A DNA stretch of 64,000 nucleotides, taken from positions 256,001 through 320,000 of the forward strand of contig JBFMAD010000001.1 in the NCBI GenBank assembly GCA_040755855.1, written 5' to 3'. The position numbers and the translations under genes were made by a program. This DNA comes from Planctomycetota bacterium (GTDB taxonomy: Bacteria; Planctomycetota; Brocadiia; JAADGH01). The notes beneath the pieces are model-generated. The model saw only the letters and a program-made list of their open reading frames with translations, did no database searches and was not told the DNA's origin. Shown here one piece after another: positions 9,401 through 17,553 of the stretch (within the stretch, counting starts at the first letter, position 1; each line of letters opens with the position of its first letter).

Positions 9401-10269
9401 GATTCACCGATGCGAAACCCGAACATAGCGAGGTCCGGACATGCCTTCAGGATCTTGGCCGCGCACTCCCGGTAGTACTCGGTCAGTCTCCCGGCAGGAA
9501 CATTCACCCCCCCCGCGGGATAATTCATGAACCCCACGCGGATGCCGCGATCTTTCGCTATTGCGACGATTTGTTTGAGCATGGCAAGGTTCTTGTCCGG
9601 ATCCACCCCGGCGGGCGTCGCCCCCGGGAATGTGTCGCTGCGGATCAGATAAGGGAAGGCATTGGGATAATCCGTTGTCATAACATCATAACAGGCATGG
9701 ATATCCATGAAATTGAACCGACAGCGCGCCAGGAGGTCAATGTAACGCCTCCAGTAGTCGGCGGAGTGAAATTCCGAGTCCGGCGACTCCATTGACTGCT
9801 TCAGGAGAAAGAAGTTGACGCCGCGAACCCGGAGGAATGGGGAGCGGGATCGTTCCTCGATGGCCGCATCCACATCGGCCAGCGATCGGGCGCGGGAAAT
9901 CTGCTCCGCTACGTCGAGCGCGGCATACATGGTCCCGGCTGTGTCGCGGCCCAGGGCCTGGACCAGACACGAATCATGTCCGCCCATCTTCAGATGGCTT
10001 TTCAGGAGGGCGTACGACTCCGCTCGGTCGGGAACAGTCGGGTCCCCGGCGCCGGCGACATGCAGCGCGATGCTGACGCGGCCCCCGATCCCCGACTCGA
10101 GGACGCGATAGGGGATCCTCCTGCGCTTCAGCGCCGCCGCAATCTCCGACGCCCCGAAGCGAATCGGCGCGGGGGCGTCCTTGTCCACAAAGATCGCCAC
10201 GTCCTCGCACCCCATCGCAAGGAGCGTCGCTCCCAACAGGATGGCTTTCCAGAACCGACCACCCAACAC
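6487..10269 (-). CDS. Large secreted lipoprotein, glycoside hydrolase-like (GH67/GH115-like N-domain, catalytic-like core, Ig-like domains, duplicated C-terminal domain)
   Basis: Lipobox LLAMGC; ESYAL..GRDTAGTMYA..SPFLRVRG..YIDLLARCRFN pattern typical of this N-domain; two C-terminal copies of F-x-L-D-x-P-A-R...RD(Y/F)PAG...VILGF. Confidence 0.6.
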   Translation of the reverse strand: MLGGRFWKAILLGATLLAMGCEDVAIFVDKDAPAPIRFGASEIAAALKRRRIPYRVLESGIGGRVSIALHVAGAGDPTVPDRAESYALLKSHLKMGGHDSCLVQALGRDTAGTMYAALDVAEQISRARSLADVDAAIEERSRSPFLRVRGVNFFLLKQSMESPDSEFHSADYWRRYIDLLARCRFNFMDIHACYDVMTTDYPNAFPYLIRSDTFPGATPAGVDPDKNLAMLKQIVAIAKDRGIRVGFMNYPAGGVNVPAGRLTEYYRECAAKILKACPDLAMFGFRIGESGQGPDFYRQGVLAGATESKKDIHLYTRTWFVPRQEIMELAREHAGRFFVETKYTGEHLGLPYVVASNRISEWGSCAYQAYTNYPRNYEIIYQVMANGTQRIFHWGDPDFARRCVQSCAFGQAAGCSIETMTAFYPRTNYFLNRDTFPQPYFTWDFERNWFWHMVWGRTAYDPGAPELVWINAFRERFGEEAGEDVYRAVALGSRVVPLIYAVHCLGADRRRMAPEMETGDDHRSRRLAEGNVRVDWRGDILEFSKVGVLDDTVMASIREYADAAVKGNANGKFGPLDAAQRLSEISLSALEHIEKADKAVTHSKDEFRAIRMDVEALRGLAVYYAEKTRAAVALELYRRTRHYALLGDADAYARRAIDAWDDLTDATMRQYRPLIERLRMCTAHFTWEEEGRHLTGDLETIQRVREEFEGALQSKFGGEIRDLVKELREHGEPSRDEMARRHKEMERRMAQHPPDIGHLPVHRAPPHSPIWISATVATPVRDAPAWLYYRRSGEKEFKKTPMTQRPDRYMSAAFIPAEAAAPGVVEYYIEVGQEKAKTQCPDKGPNEPQRVTVSADRSRPVISPVVLDERTRGGKVKLAARVSDGESVASVTAFYRPMPSYYEWTGVAMKKSGEAYEAEVPLTPEGLLYRFEAADANGNATVHPDFLERTPYYVIQSWEPAWVKRDFISFEEGMETYEAAAGQRPFTDSDLKIEAMSVDLKGLVGVRLPMKAARAASLYQGGGIVARFRLDAPARMFVGFGGREMRGWCTRQPGWVPLPELQVKVGRSTLDICCRDYPAGEHSFAFAQGSGVILGFRKLTSKEKRADRPFLLIGGEENYNVVKESFLTVPAEFGIYSPKFGRSAYTDNSSIILAMPKELEGLLGIQLSSFRALLGDYAVPFKLDEPARLYVVFGKPGEQSWEEAHPEFTLYKKGAYKQTDGIARDIYFRDFPAGQSILLLKKGTAVILGFGKLSEIKEKP

Positions 10270-10289
10270 GAATGGATCCTCCTTAGGCT

Positions 10290-10322
10290 GACCTCCCGGA
10301 GGTTCGGAACCTTCGGGAGGTC
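10290..10322. repeat. REP-like 33-bp palindrome, copy 1
   Basis: GACCTCCCGGAGGTTC-G-GAACCTTCGGGAGGTC; near-identical copy at 33116..33148. Confidence 0.85.
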
Positions 10323-10456
10323 GAAACCTTAGACAGAATACTCGGAGACGGGGAGGGCTTCAATCAAAATTTCCTTGCGCCGACCAGCGAATCATGCTAT
10401 CTGTATGACGAGTAAGAAATTGAACCATCTCATCCCATCCGAGTAACCTTCACAGA

Positions 10457-11194
10457 ATGCCCATCATGCGCGGTTCGATTCAGGCATTTCTCGCCGTGAT
10501 CACTTGCCTCAGCGCCTTGTCTCGCACCGAGGCCAAGGACAAAAGCCAGACCACCATCCTGCGCGACGACCAATACGTTTGCGTAGTCGGCAAGAAGGGC
10601 GGGGAACTCCGCTTCACGCTCAACTGCCGACGCCACAGCGATCTGCCGACCGGCGTATCCTTCGATGTCATCGAGCCCGACAGCGAGGTCTTGGGCCGCG
10701 GGATGGCTCCGCTCGCCCGGAAAGAGAATTTTTCATACACGCTCCGCAAGGACGGCATGCACGTCATCGCTTTGCGATGCCGAGGCAACACATATGACAT
10801 CCAGACCGGCCAGACGCCGGCAGCCCACCTCGCGTCGAAGGCGCGCCCGCTTCACATCTGCGGCGGCTGCCGCAGGCTCCACTTCTTCGTCCCGAAGTCG
10901 GTTCAGGAGTTTTCGATCTACGTCCACGCCGGTACGCCGAAAGAAGGGGCGCGCGTGACGATTCACGACGCCGACGGCAAGATCGTTCATCAAGAAGAAG
11001 GCGATTACGACAAAGCGACGGAGATCAAGGTCCAAGTCCCCAGTGGAGCCAACGACCGGACCTGGTCGGTCATGTTTGAAGACCCTGTGGATGAAAAATC
11101 GGTCCTCGACGATCTGCTTGTCCACCTGAGTCTGAACGTCAAACCATTTCTTGTTGAGCAAGAGGGATGGGCCACCCTCTTTGTCAAGGAGTAG
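10457..11194 (+). CDS. Secreted hypothetical protein with two beta-sandwich-like domains
   Basis: Signal-like N-terminus, beta-rich composition; start may be ATG 10466; abuts the next gene. Confidence 0.65.
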   Translation: MPIMRGSIQAFLAVITCLSALSRTEAKDKSQTTILRDDQYVCVVGKKGGELRFTLNCRRHSDLPTGVSFDVIEPDSEVLGRGMAPLARKENFSYTLRKDGMHVIALRCRGNTYDIQTGQTPAAHLASKARPLHICGGCRRLHFFVPKSVQEFSIYVHAGTPKEGARVTIHDADGKIVHQEEGDYDKATEIKVQVPSGANDRTWSVMFEDPVDEKSVLDDLLVHLSLNVKPFLVEQEGWATLFVKE

Positions 11195-11195
11195 C

Positions 11196-13265
11196 ATGAA
11201 GGCGCGGCGGATTGCAGGTACGTTGGTGGCAGTCGCGCTGCTCCTCTGCCGCGCCGCGGCAGGCGAGGAACGGCCGATCACATTCCTGCGCCATCTGCGC
11301 GCCCCGGACCTCGACGATCCGTCCTATCTGAAGGAAATCAGGAACCGTCGGCCGGACTTCCTGCTCCTCGGCAGGGCGGTCCCCTTCGACAACGCCCTGG
11401 GGCCGACCTCCCTCATGGCCGGAGGCGACAGCGCGGCCAGGGACATCAAAGACGCCGCCCTGCTGAAACCGAAGGACCTCGAGGAGCGCGTCAAGTTCCT
11501 CCGTCGGCTGAACGTGGTCCTCCGCGAATCGGGCGTCAAGACCATCCTCCCCTACACATCTGCCATCTCCCTGATCGGCGAGGCGGAGAAACCGACAGGC
11601 TTCTTTGAATTCTACCGTCGCTGGCATGAGTACCCCGGCCTCGGCCAGCGGCCCACCCCCTCCCCCGATGCATGGTTCGCCGTGGATACGCTCGACAATC
11701 CCCTCCCCGTCGGCGATGCGCTCGACCCCGACTACCTCCGCCCCATGAAGCGCTACGCCGCCTGCCCGGCTAATCCCGGATGGCGCGCCTGGATGCAGCA
11801 GGTCGTCCGCGCCTGCGTCGAGTGCGGATACGACGGGGCTTACGTGGACCACTGCGACATAAAGCCATGCTGCTGCGCACAGTGCCAGGAGAAGTTCCAT
11901 TCCTACCTATCCGCAAAGTACCAACCGGAAGAATACAAAAAACTCCACGGCCAGGGCCTTGACGCCATTCGCCTCAGCGAGGATGAGGAGACGTTCGCGG
12001 GCGTCGAAACGATGCTCTTCAGGCAGTTAATGCTGAAGGAACTCCTGGGGGCGATGCGGGAAATCGGCGGCCAACAGAAGGCCCGACTCGCCCTCAAAGG
12101 CATCGGCCTCTGGCAGATGGAGCAGTTCGCGGACGTGGGGGAATTCTTTGCCTTCGACGCCGTAGGGCAGGGGCAGACGTTCAACATCCCGGGGGCGCGC
12201 GACACGGAGATCATCAACGGCATCTGTGATCGGCAGAGCTTCACCAACATCATCCCCTACAAGTGCGCCGCCGCGCTTGCCCAAAAATCGCAACTGATGA
12301 TTGACATGCATACGAACGATGCGATCACCCATGAACTTGGCTTCGCCGAGGCGCTCGCCTTCGGCGCGCCGCCGATCTTTGGAGGATCAATGACAACCGC
12401 CGACTCGGCCGCTTCGGCGAAGTATCGCGACTTCCTGACTCGCCACGCCGAGCTCTTTGCCGACGCCTCGCCCTATGCCCAGGTGGGGATCGTTTTCTTC
12501 GGGCAACACGCTTGCTATCCCCGGGGTATACGCCATGTGGAGCAGGCCCTGTTCGTGATGGAGCGCCTTGCCGCGCACCGCGTACCCTTTGAGGTCATCG
12601 TCGAGGGCAACTGCAACCCGGGTGCGCTGTCCGCTTATCGGGCTGTCATTCTCCCAGCCCTCCGGTACGCCAGCGACGCGCAGGTGTTGACGTTTCAGAA
12701 CTATGTGGAGCAAGGAGGAACGCTCGTTGTCTCCGAGGACGGCTTCCGATACAATGGAGGATACATTGAGCGCGAGAAGACCTGGCTCGAACGCGCCATC
12801 AACCGGCCGGAGAATCGAAAAGAGGACATCCTCCATGCGCCTGTGAAAAAGGGATGGATTGTCCATACGCCGAGATTCTTCGACGATGACGCCCTTGCCC
12901 AGGGCATCCGACGCGGGATCGAGGCCGGCCCCCTCCAGGTGATCGGACGCGGCGCATGGCACGTGCGGGTGAACACGCGGATGAGGCGGTCGGAGCACGC
13001 GGGGGATATTCTGATCCACTTTGTTAACTACAATGTCTGCCCCCGGCGGGGCGCAAAGGCCGTCATGCCTGAGCGGGATGTCTTTTGCTCCGTCCGGTTC
13101 CCAAGGGAGTGGAGCGTATTCTCCGTGACGGCCCACAGCCCGGACGTCCCGGTGGCGAAACAGATCGAGTTCTCCCAGGATGCCGAGAACGGCGTACTTC
13201 GATTCAACCTCCCGGAAGTGAGGGTTTACACAGTGGTGCGCGTCTCCTGTCGCATCACAGGATAA
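11196..13265 (+). CDS. Secreted glycoside hydrolase-like protein (TIM barrel with Cys cluster plus GH42 trimerisation/GATase-like domain)
   Basis: ATG 11196 (MKARRIAG..signal) after AGGAG; CPANPGW..GYDGAYVD..CCCAQCQEKF; YRAVILP...YVEQGGTLV; LIHFVNY. Confidence 0.65.
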   Translation: MKARRIAGTLVAVALLLCRAAAGEERPITFLRHLRAPDLDDPSYLKEIRNRRPDFLLLGRAVPFDNALGPTSLMAGGDSAARDIKDAALLKPKDLEERVKFLRRLNVVLRESGVKTILPYTSAISLIGEAEKPTGFFEFYRRWHEYPGLGQRPTPSPDAWFAVDTLDNPLPVGDALDPDYLRPMKRYAACPANPGWRAWMQQVVRACVECGYDGAYVDHCDIKPCCCAQCQEKFHSYLSAKYQPEEYKKLHGQGLDAIRLSEDEETFAGVETMLFRQLMLKELLGAMREIGGQQKARLALKGIGLWQMEQFADVGEFFAFDAVGQGQTFNIPGARDTEIINGICDRQSFTNIIPYKCAAALAQKSQLMIDMHTNDAITHELGFAEALAFGAPPIFGGSMTTADSAASAKYRDFLTRHAELFADASPYAQVGIVFFGQHACYPRGIRHVEQALFVMERLAAHRVPFEVIVEGNCNPGALSAYRAVILPALRYASDAQVLTFQNYVEQGGTLVVSEDGFRYNGGYIEREKTWLERAINRPENRKEDILHAPVKKGWIVHTPRFFDDDALAQGIRRGIEAGPLQVIGRGAWHVRVNTRMRRSEHAGDILIHFVNYNVCPRRGAKAVMPERDVFCSVRFPREWSVFSVTAHSPDVPVAKQIEFSQDAENGVLRFNLPEVRVYTVVRVSCRITG

Positions 13266-13283
13266 GGAAAGCGATATAGAATT

Positions 13284-14570
13284 ATGAAAAAACGAAAGAT
13301 ATGCGTCGTCGGTCTCGGATATGTCGGGTTGCCGTTGGTCGTGGAATTCGGCAAGCGCGGGCCGGCGGTGGGATTTGACAGCAACGCCAAGCGCGTGACC
13401 GATCTCCGAAAGGGCCTCGACGCCAACAGTGAAGTCCCCGCTCTGGAGCTTCGGCGGTCCGACATCTTATTCACCACCGACCCGAACGAGATCGGCAGGT
13501 GCAACTTCGTCATCGTCTGCGTCCCCACGCCGGTGGACAAACACAAGATCCCCGACCTGGGGCATGTCCGGTCGGCAAGCGAGATCGTGGGCAGGCACAT
13601 GTCGAAGGGAACGATCGTTGTCTTCGAGTCCACCGTATATCCCGGCGTGACAGAGGAAATCTGCGCGCCGATTCTGGAGCGCACCTCGGAACTCCGATGC
13701 GGGCGCGACTTCAAGATCGGCTACAGCCCCGAGCGCGTCAACCCCGGCGACAAAGAGCACACCATTTCGAGGATCACCAAGGTCGTGTCGGGCATGGACA
13801 AGACGACGCTGGACGAGGTGGCCCGCGTCTATTCCTCCATCGTCAAGGCGGGGGTCTACAAGGCCCCGTCCATCAAGACCGCCGAGGCGGCGAAGGTGAT
13901 CGAGAATATCCAGCGCGACCTGAACATCGCGCTCATGAACGAGCTGTCGCTGATCTTCGAGAAGCTGGGCTTGAGGACCTCCGAGGTCCTTGCCGCGGCG
14001 GCGACGAAGTGGAATTTCCACCGCTACTACCCCGGCCTCGTCGGCGGCCACTGCATCGGCGTAGATCCTTACTACTTGACTCATAAGGCCTTGGAACTCG
14101 GCTACCACCCGCGGGTCATCCTCGCCGGACGCGAGATCAACGACAACATGTCCCGCCACATCGTCGAACTTGCCGTCCGGGGGCTGAACCAGGCCGGTAA
14201 GGTCCTCAAAACATCGAAGGCCCTCGTCATGGGGGTCACGTTCAAGGAAAACGTCGCCGACACGCGCAACTCGAAGATCGCCGATGTGATCACGGGCCTG
14301 CAGGAGTTCCACATCAAGACCGTCGCGTTCGATCCCCTGCTGGCGGGGCATGAGGGGCTGGAGTTCGACGCGCCGCTGGCCACGCGATTCGAGGACGTCG
14401 GCAGGGGCTACGACGTCGTCATCGTCGGCGCGCCCCATCGCGTGTTCAAGAAAATCCCCCTCGGCAAGTTGAAGGCGCGCATGAGGAGCCGGCCCGTGCT
14501 GGTGGACATCCGGGAATCCTACGACCGCAAACAGGCCGAGAGGCTGGGCATCGCCTACTTCAGCCTTTGA
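13284..14570 (+). CDS. UDP-N-acetylhexosamine (nucleotide sugar) 6-dehydrogenase, WbpO/TviB-like
   Basis: VVGLGYVGLP, CVPTP, ESTVYPG, YSPER, AKVIEN, GGHCIGVDP, TFKEN..DTRNS. Confidence 0.92.
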   Translation: MKKRKICVVGLGYVGLPLVVEFGKRGPAVGFDSNAKRVTDLRKGLDANSEVPALELRRSDILFTTDPNEIGRCNFVIVCVPTPVDKHKIPDLGHVRSASEIVGRHMSKGTIVVFESTVYPGVTEEICAPILERTSELRCGRDFKIGYSPERVNPGDKEHTISRITKVVSGMDKTTLDEVARVYSSIVKAGVYKAPSIKTAEAAKVIENIQRDLNIALMNELSLIFEKLGLRTSEVLAAAATKWNFHRYYPGLVGGHCIGVDPYYLTHKALELGYHPRVILAGREINDNMSRHIVELAVRGLNQAGKVLKTSKALVMGVTFKENVADTRNSKIADVITGLQEFHIKTVAFDPLLAGHEGLEFDAPLATRFEDVGRGYDVVIVGAPHRVFKKIPLGKLKARMRSRPVLVDIRESYDRKQAERLGIAYFSL

Positions 14571-15396
14571 GGAACTCGACGGTCCGGTCGGTGCACTCCT
14601 TCTCCCACTCCACCGACGAGAAGTTGTGGTTGGCCCCCTCGACCACGTGGAAGCGGAGGTCGAGGCCCTTCTCCCTGCCGAACTCTTCGAAGTGCTTCCG
14701 CGCCTCGCCGCCCTCCGGGTCGGCCCCGCCGTAGAGGAACAGCGCCTTCCCCCTGTACTGGGCGAAGGCGGCCATGATGTCTCGCGCGGAATCCTTCGGA
14801 TTCCGCCCGTCCACCTCGGGCGCGGCCATGTGGCCGAAGAGGACCTTCTTGATCATGCCAAACTGGATCGCGCCGCGGAGGAGCTTCCTCCAGGTCTCGA
14901 GGCGGAAGAGCTTCTTGAAATACTCCTTTGCGAATGATCCCGTGCGCTTCACCTTGATCGCCACCATCTTCTGCTGCTCCGGCTGGAAGGGCAGGGTGGA
15001 ACAGGGGATCAGTAGGGCGATGTCGTCGCGGAGCGTCGCCGCGCCGATGACCACGTTCCCCCCGGAGCACAGGCCCCAGACGGCGATGCGCGACGGCGGG
15101 AGGCGCTGCTTCACAAAATCCACCGCCGCGCATGTGTCGGCGATCATGCCGTCCAAGTCGTTGGCGTGGAAATCCCCCTCGCTGTCGCCCCGTCCCCGGA
15201 GATCGAACCGGAACGCCGCCATGCCCTCCGCGACCAGACGGCGGGCGACGTTCACCAGAATCCGGTTCGGCCCCACCCGGCAGCCGGTCCAACCGTGCAC
15301 CAGAACAACGGCGCACGCCGCGCCGCCCGCATCGGGCGCGTGCAGGACGCCGTAAATCTTCTGGCCGTCATTCAAGAATGAAACCGGCTCTTCCAT
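14560..15396 (-). CDS. Alpha/beta hydrolase resembling exosortase A system-associated hydrolase 1 (Cys at the nucleophile elbow)
   Basis: RVGPNR, RFDLRGRGDSEG, WGLCSGG, GANHNFS. Confidence 0.75.
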   Translation of the reverse strand: MEEPVSFLNDGQKIYGVLHAPDAGGAACAVVLVHGWTGCRVGPNRILVNVARRLVAEGMAAFRFDLRGRGDSEGDFHANDLDGMIADTCAAVDFVKQRLPPSRIAVWGLCSGGNVVIGAATLRDDIALLIPCSTLPFQPEQQKMVAIKVKRTGSFAKEYFKKLFRLETWRKLLRGAIQFGMIKKVLFGHMAAPEVDGRNPKDSARDIMAAFAQYRGKALFLYGGADPEGGEARKHFEEFGREKGLDLRFHVVEGANHNFSSVEWEKECTDRTVEFLKG

Positions 15397-15399
15397 GTG

Positions 15400-16212
15400 T
15401 TACCCACCCAGCCAGTCGCAGACGCAGGCAATCAGCTCGCTGCACTCCAGGAACTCGATCCGACTCCAGAACGGCGGCAGCACAAGCGGCGCGACCGTCG
15501 CCGCTGCCCCGATCTTCTCATACGCCTCCCGCAGCGATTCCATCTCCGGCCTAACCGTCGCATTCGGCGCGGCCTGAACGATAAGCACGCGACCGGAGAA
15601 CGCGCCGATCTGCTTGTTCAAATCAATCTCGATCAACTGCTTGTAGAGGGCGCCGGTGATGACGAACCCGTCCAGGTCAATCTCCCCCTCCCCGCCCTCC
15701 AACTGTTTGACGATGTCGGCGCGTTTGCCTCCGCTCTTGCCCTTCATCATCATCTCGCGGATCATCTTGCGCTTGAGGTCGCCCGCGAAGGCGCTCCTAC
15801 CCTGGGGGACCGGCTGGATAAGGATCAGGGGATCAACGCCGCCGAGCGCGCCCGCCACCCGCCCCGCCATCGCCCCGCCGAGACGCAGGCCGAGCAGACC
15901 CACCGCGGGAGGGGAAAGTCTCGCCTTGATGAATGGAACGGCGGCCCGGATGTCCGCCTCGAAGATCGCGATCGTCGCGTCGCGCAGCTCCCCCGCGCTG
16001 TCCCCGCATCCCATGTAGTCGAACCGCAGGACGCCCCAGCCCCGCCGGGCCATCTCCCGCGCAAGGAGGACGAGAACCCGGTGGGAACACTTCCGCTCCT
16101 CCCCGAAGGCGTTGCAGAAGACGACGCCCGCCTTGACCTCGCCCTCGGGGATGTGCAGCATCCCCAGCAGGCGTTTGCCGCCGCCGTCGAAGGTGACCTG
16201 TTCTTCCGTCAC
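15400..16212 (-). CDS. Alpha/beta hydrolase resembling exosortase A system-associated hydrolase 2 (Arg at the nucleophile elbow)
   Basis: AFGEE, RFDYMGCGDSAG, LLGLRLGG, C-terminal PPFW. Confidence 0.75.
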   Translation of the reverse strand: MTEEQVTFDGGGKRLLGMLHIPEGEVKAGVVFCNAFGEERKCSHRVLVLLAREMARRGWGVLRFDYMGCGDSAGELRDATIAIFEADIRAAVPFIKARLSPPAVGLLGLRLGGAMAGRVAGALGGVDPLILIQPVPQGRSAFAGDLKRKMIREMMMKGKSGGKRADIVKQLEGGEGEIDLDGFVITGALYKQLIEIDLNKQIGAFSGRVLIVQAAPNATVRPEMESLREAYEKIGAAATVAPLVLPPFWSRIEFLECSELIACVCDWLGG

Positions 16213-16472
16213 GACTTCCCCGTCTTCTCGCGCACAAAATCGGCGATGGATTTCACGGTCTTGAAGACCTCGATGTCGAACTCCTCGTCCTCGAACGAGA
16301 TGCCGTAGACCTCTTCCAGCCCGACGGCGATCTCCAGGAGCTGCACCGAGTCTATGTCCAGCTTCTCCATGAGCGGTTCCTCGTCCGGGATGTCGCCCGG
16401 CTTGATTTTCAGGAACAGCCTCTCCACGATCATCTGCTTGACGGCGTCTTCGACGGAGCTTGCCTCACCCAT
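16209..16472 (-). CDS. Acyl carrier protein
   Basis: 87 aa, acidic; LDIDSVQLLE phosphopantetheine Ser motif; LEEVYGI, TVKSIADFV. Confidence 0.88.
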   Translation of the reverse strand: MGEASSVEDAVKQMIVERLFLKIKPGDIPDEEPLMEKLDIDSVQLLEIAVGLEEVYGISFEDEEFDIEVFKTVKSIADFVREKTGKS

Positions 16473-16487
16473 GCGATTCCTTTCCGG

Positions 16488-17345
16488 TTATCTCACCCTT
16501 CGGCCGTGCAACGACGGCATCTCGATCTTCTTCCACTTCGTTTCGGAGTCCGGCGGCCCGTCCTCCCTTTCAAACATGTGACGCCACCGCTCCTTGAACA
16601 ACATCCCGTGTTTGATGATCAGATACGTATTCGGCAGCGACGGCGTGCCGTCGGACGTGATGCTCTCCCAATGGTGAATCTCCGCGCTCGGCGTATAGAC
16701 CACCCGATACCCCCGGCTCCGGGCGCGGTAGCAAAAGTCGAAGTCCTCGAACTCGATCGGGTTGAACGCCTCATCCAATTCCCCGATCTCGTCGTAGAGC
16801 GATTTTGGAAACATGAAGCACGCGCTGATGAGGCACTGCACGTCCTTCTGCACGTTGAATTCGGGGGTCTCCCTCGGCCGGCCCCGGCCGCGGAACTGCA
16901 CCCGCCCCGTCCGCGAGATCGCCGCGCCCGCGCATTGAATCCAGTGCGGCTCGAAGGGATACGTGATCTTCGGCCCGACGATCTTGATCGCCCGATCGCT
17001 GTCCAGCACCCCGCGCAGGCGGACGAGCCAGTCCGTATCCTTCACCATCGTGTCGTTGTCGAGGAAGACGGTGTACCGGCCCTCCGCCGCGGCGACGCCC
17101 TCGTTGCGCCCCGTGCAGCAGCCAACGTTCTTCCCCTTCGCAATGACCCGGAGGCGCGCCCTTGCGGCGCTGAACTTCAGCTTCATGGACTCCAGCAGCC
17201 CCAGCGTCCGGTCCCTGGAGCCATTGTCCACAACCACCACTTCGTAGTCAGCGCCCGTGGTTGTGAGGAGACTCGTCAGACATGCCTCGGTATAGTCGGC
17301 CTTGTCGCGGGACAGGATAACGATGCTGAATGTGGGCACTCGCAT
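16488..17345 (-). CDS. Glycosyltransferase family 2
   Basis: SIVIL, VVVDNGSRD, VFLDND, EDFDFCYRA..GYRVVY..HHWES. Start taken at ATG 17345; the ORF track extends to 17387. Confidence 0.88.
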   Translation of the reverse strand: MRVPTFSIVILSRDKADYTEACLTSLLTTTGADYEVVVVDNGSRDRTLGLLESMKLKFSAARARLRVIAKGKNVGCCTGRNEGVAAAEGRYTVFLDNDTMVKDTDWLVRLRGVLDSDRAIKIVGPKITYPFEPHWIQCAGAAISRTGRVQFRGRGRPRETPEFNVQKDVQCLISACFMFPKSLYDEIGELDEAFNPIEFEDFDFCYRARSRGYRVVYTPSAEIHHWESITSDGTPSLPNTYLIIKHGMLFKERWRHMFEREDGPPDSETKWKKIEMPSLHGRRVR

Positions 17346-17553
17346 CACCGAAGTTTCGGACAGGTTGATCTCGGATCGTATCATCAAGTATTTCTATGGT
17401 AATGAAAGCCTGGCGGATATTCAATGGAAAACCGCGTGGACTGATGCGCCAAATTCTCTCGACAGTTGGCTGGGAAAGGATGTATAATTTGGTCTTCCAT
17501 ATGATTCATATATTCATACTTTGGTTATCCACGGGAAGGTCCCCATACATCAA

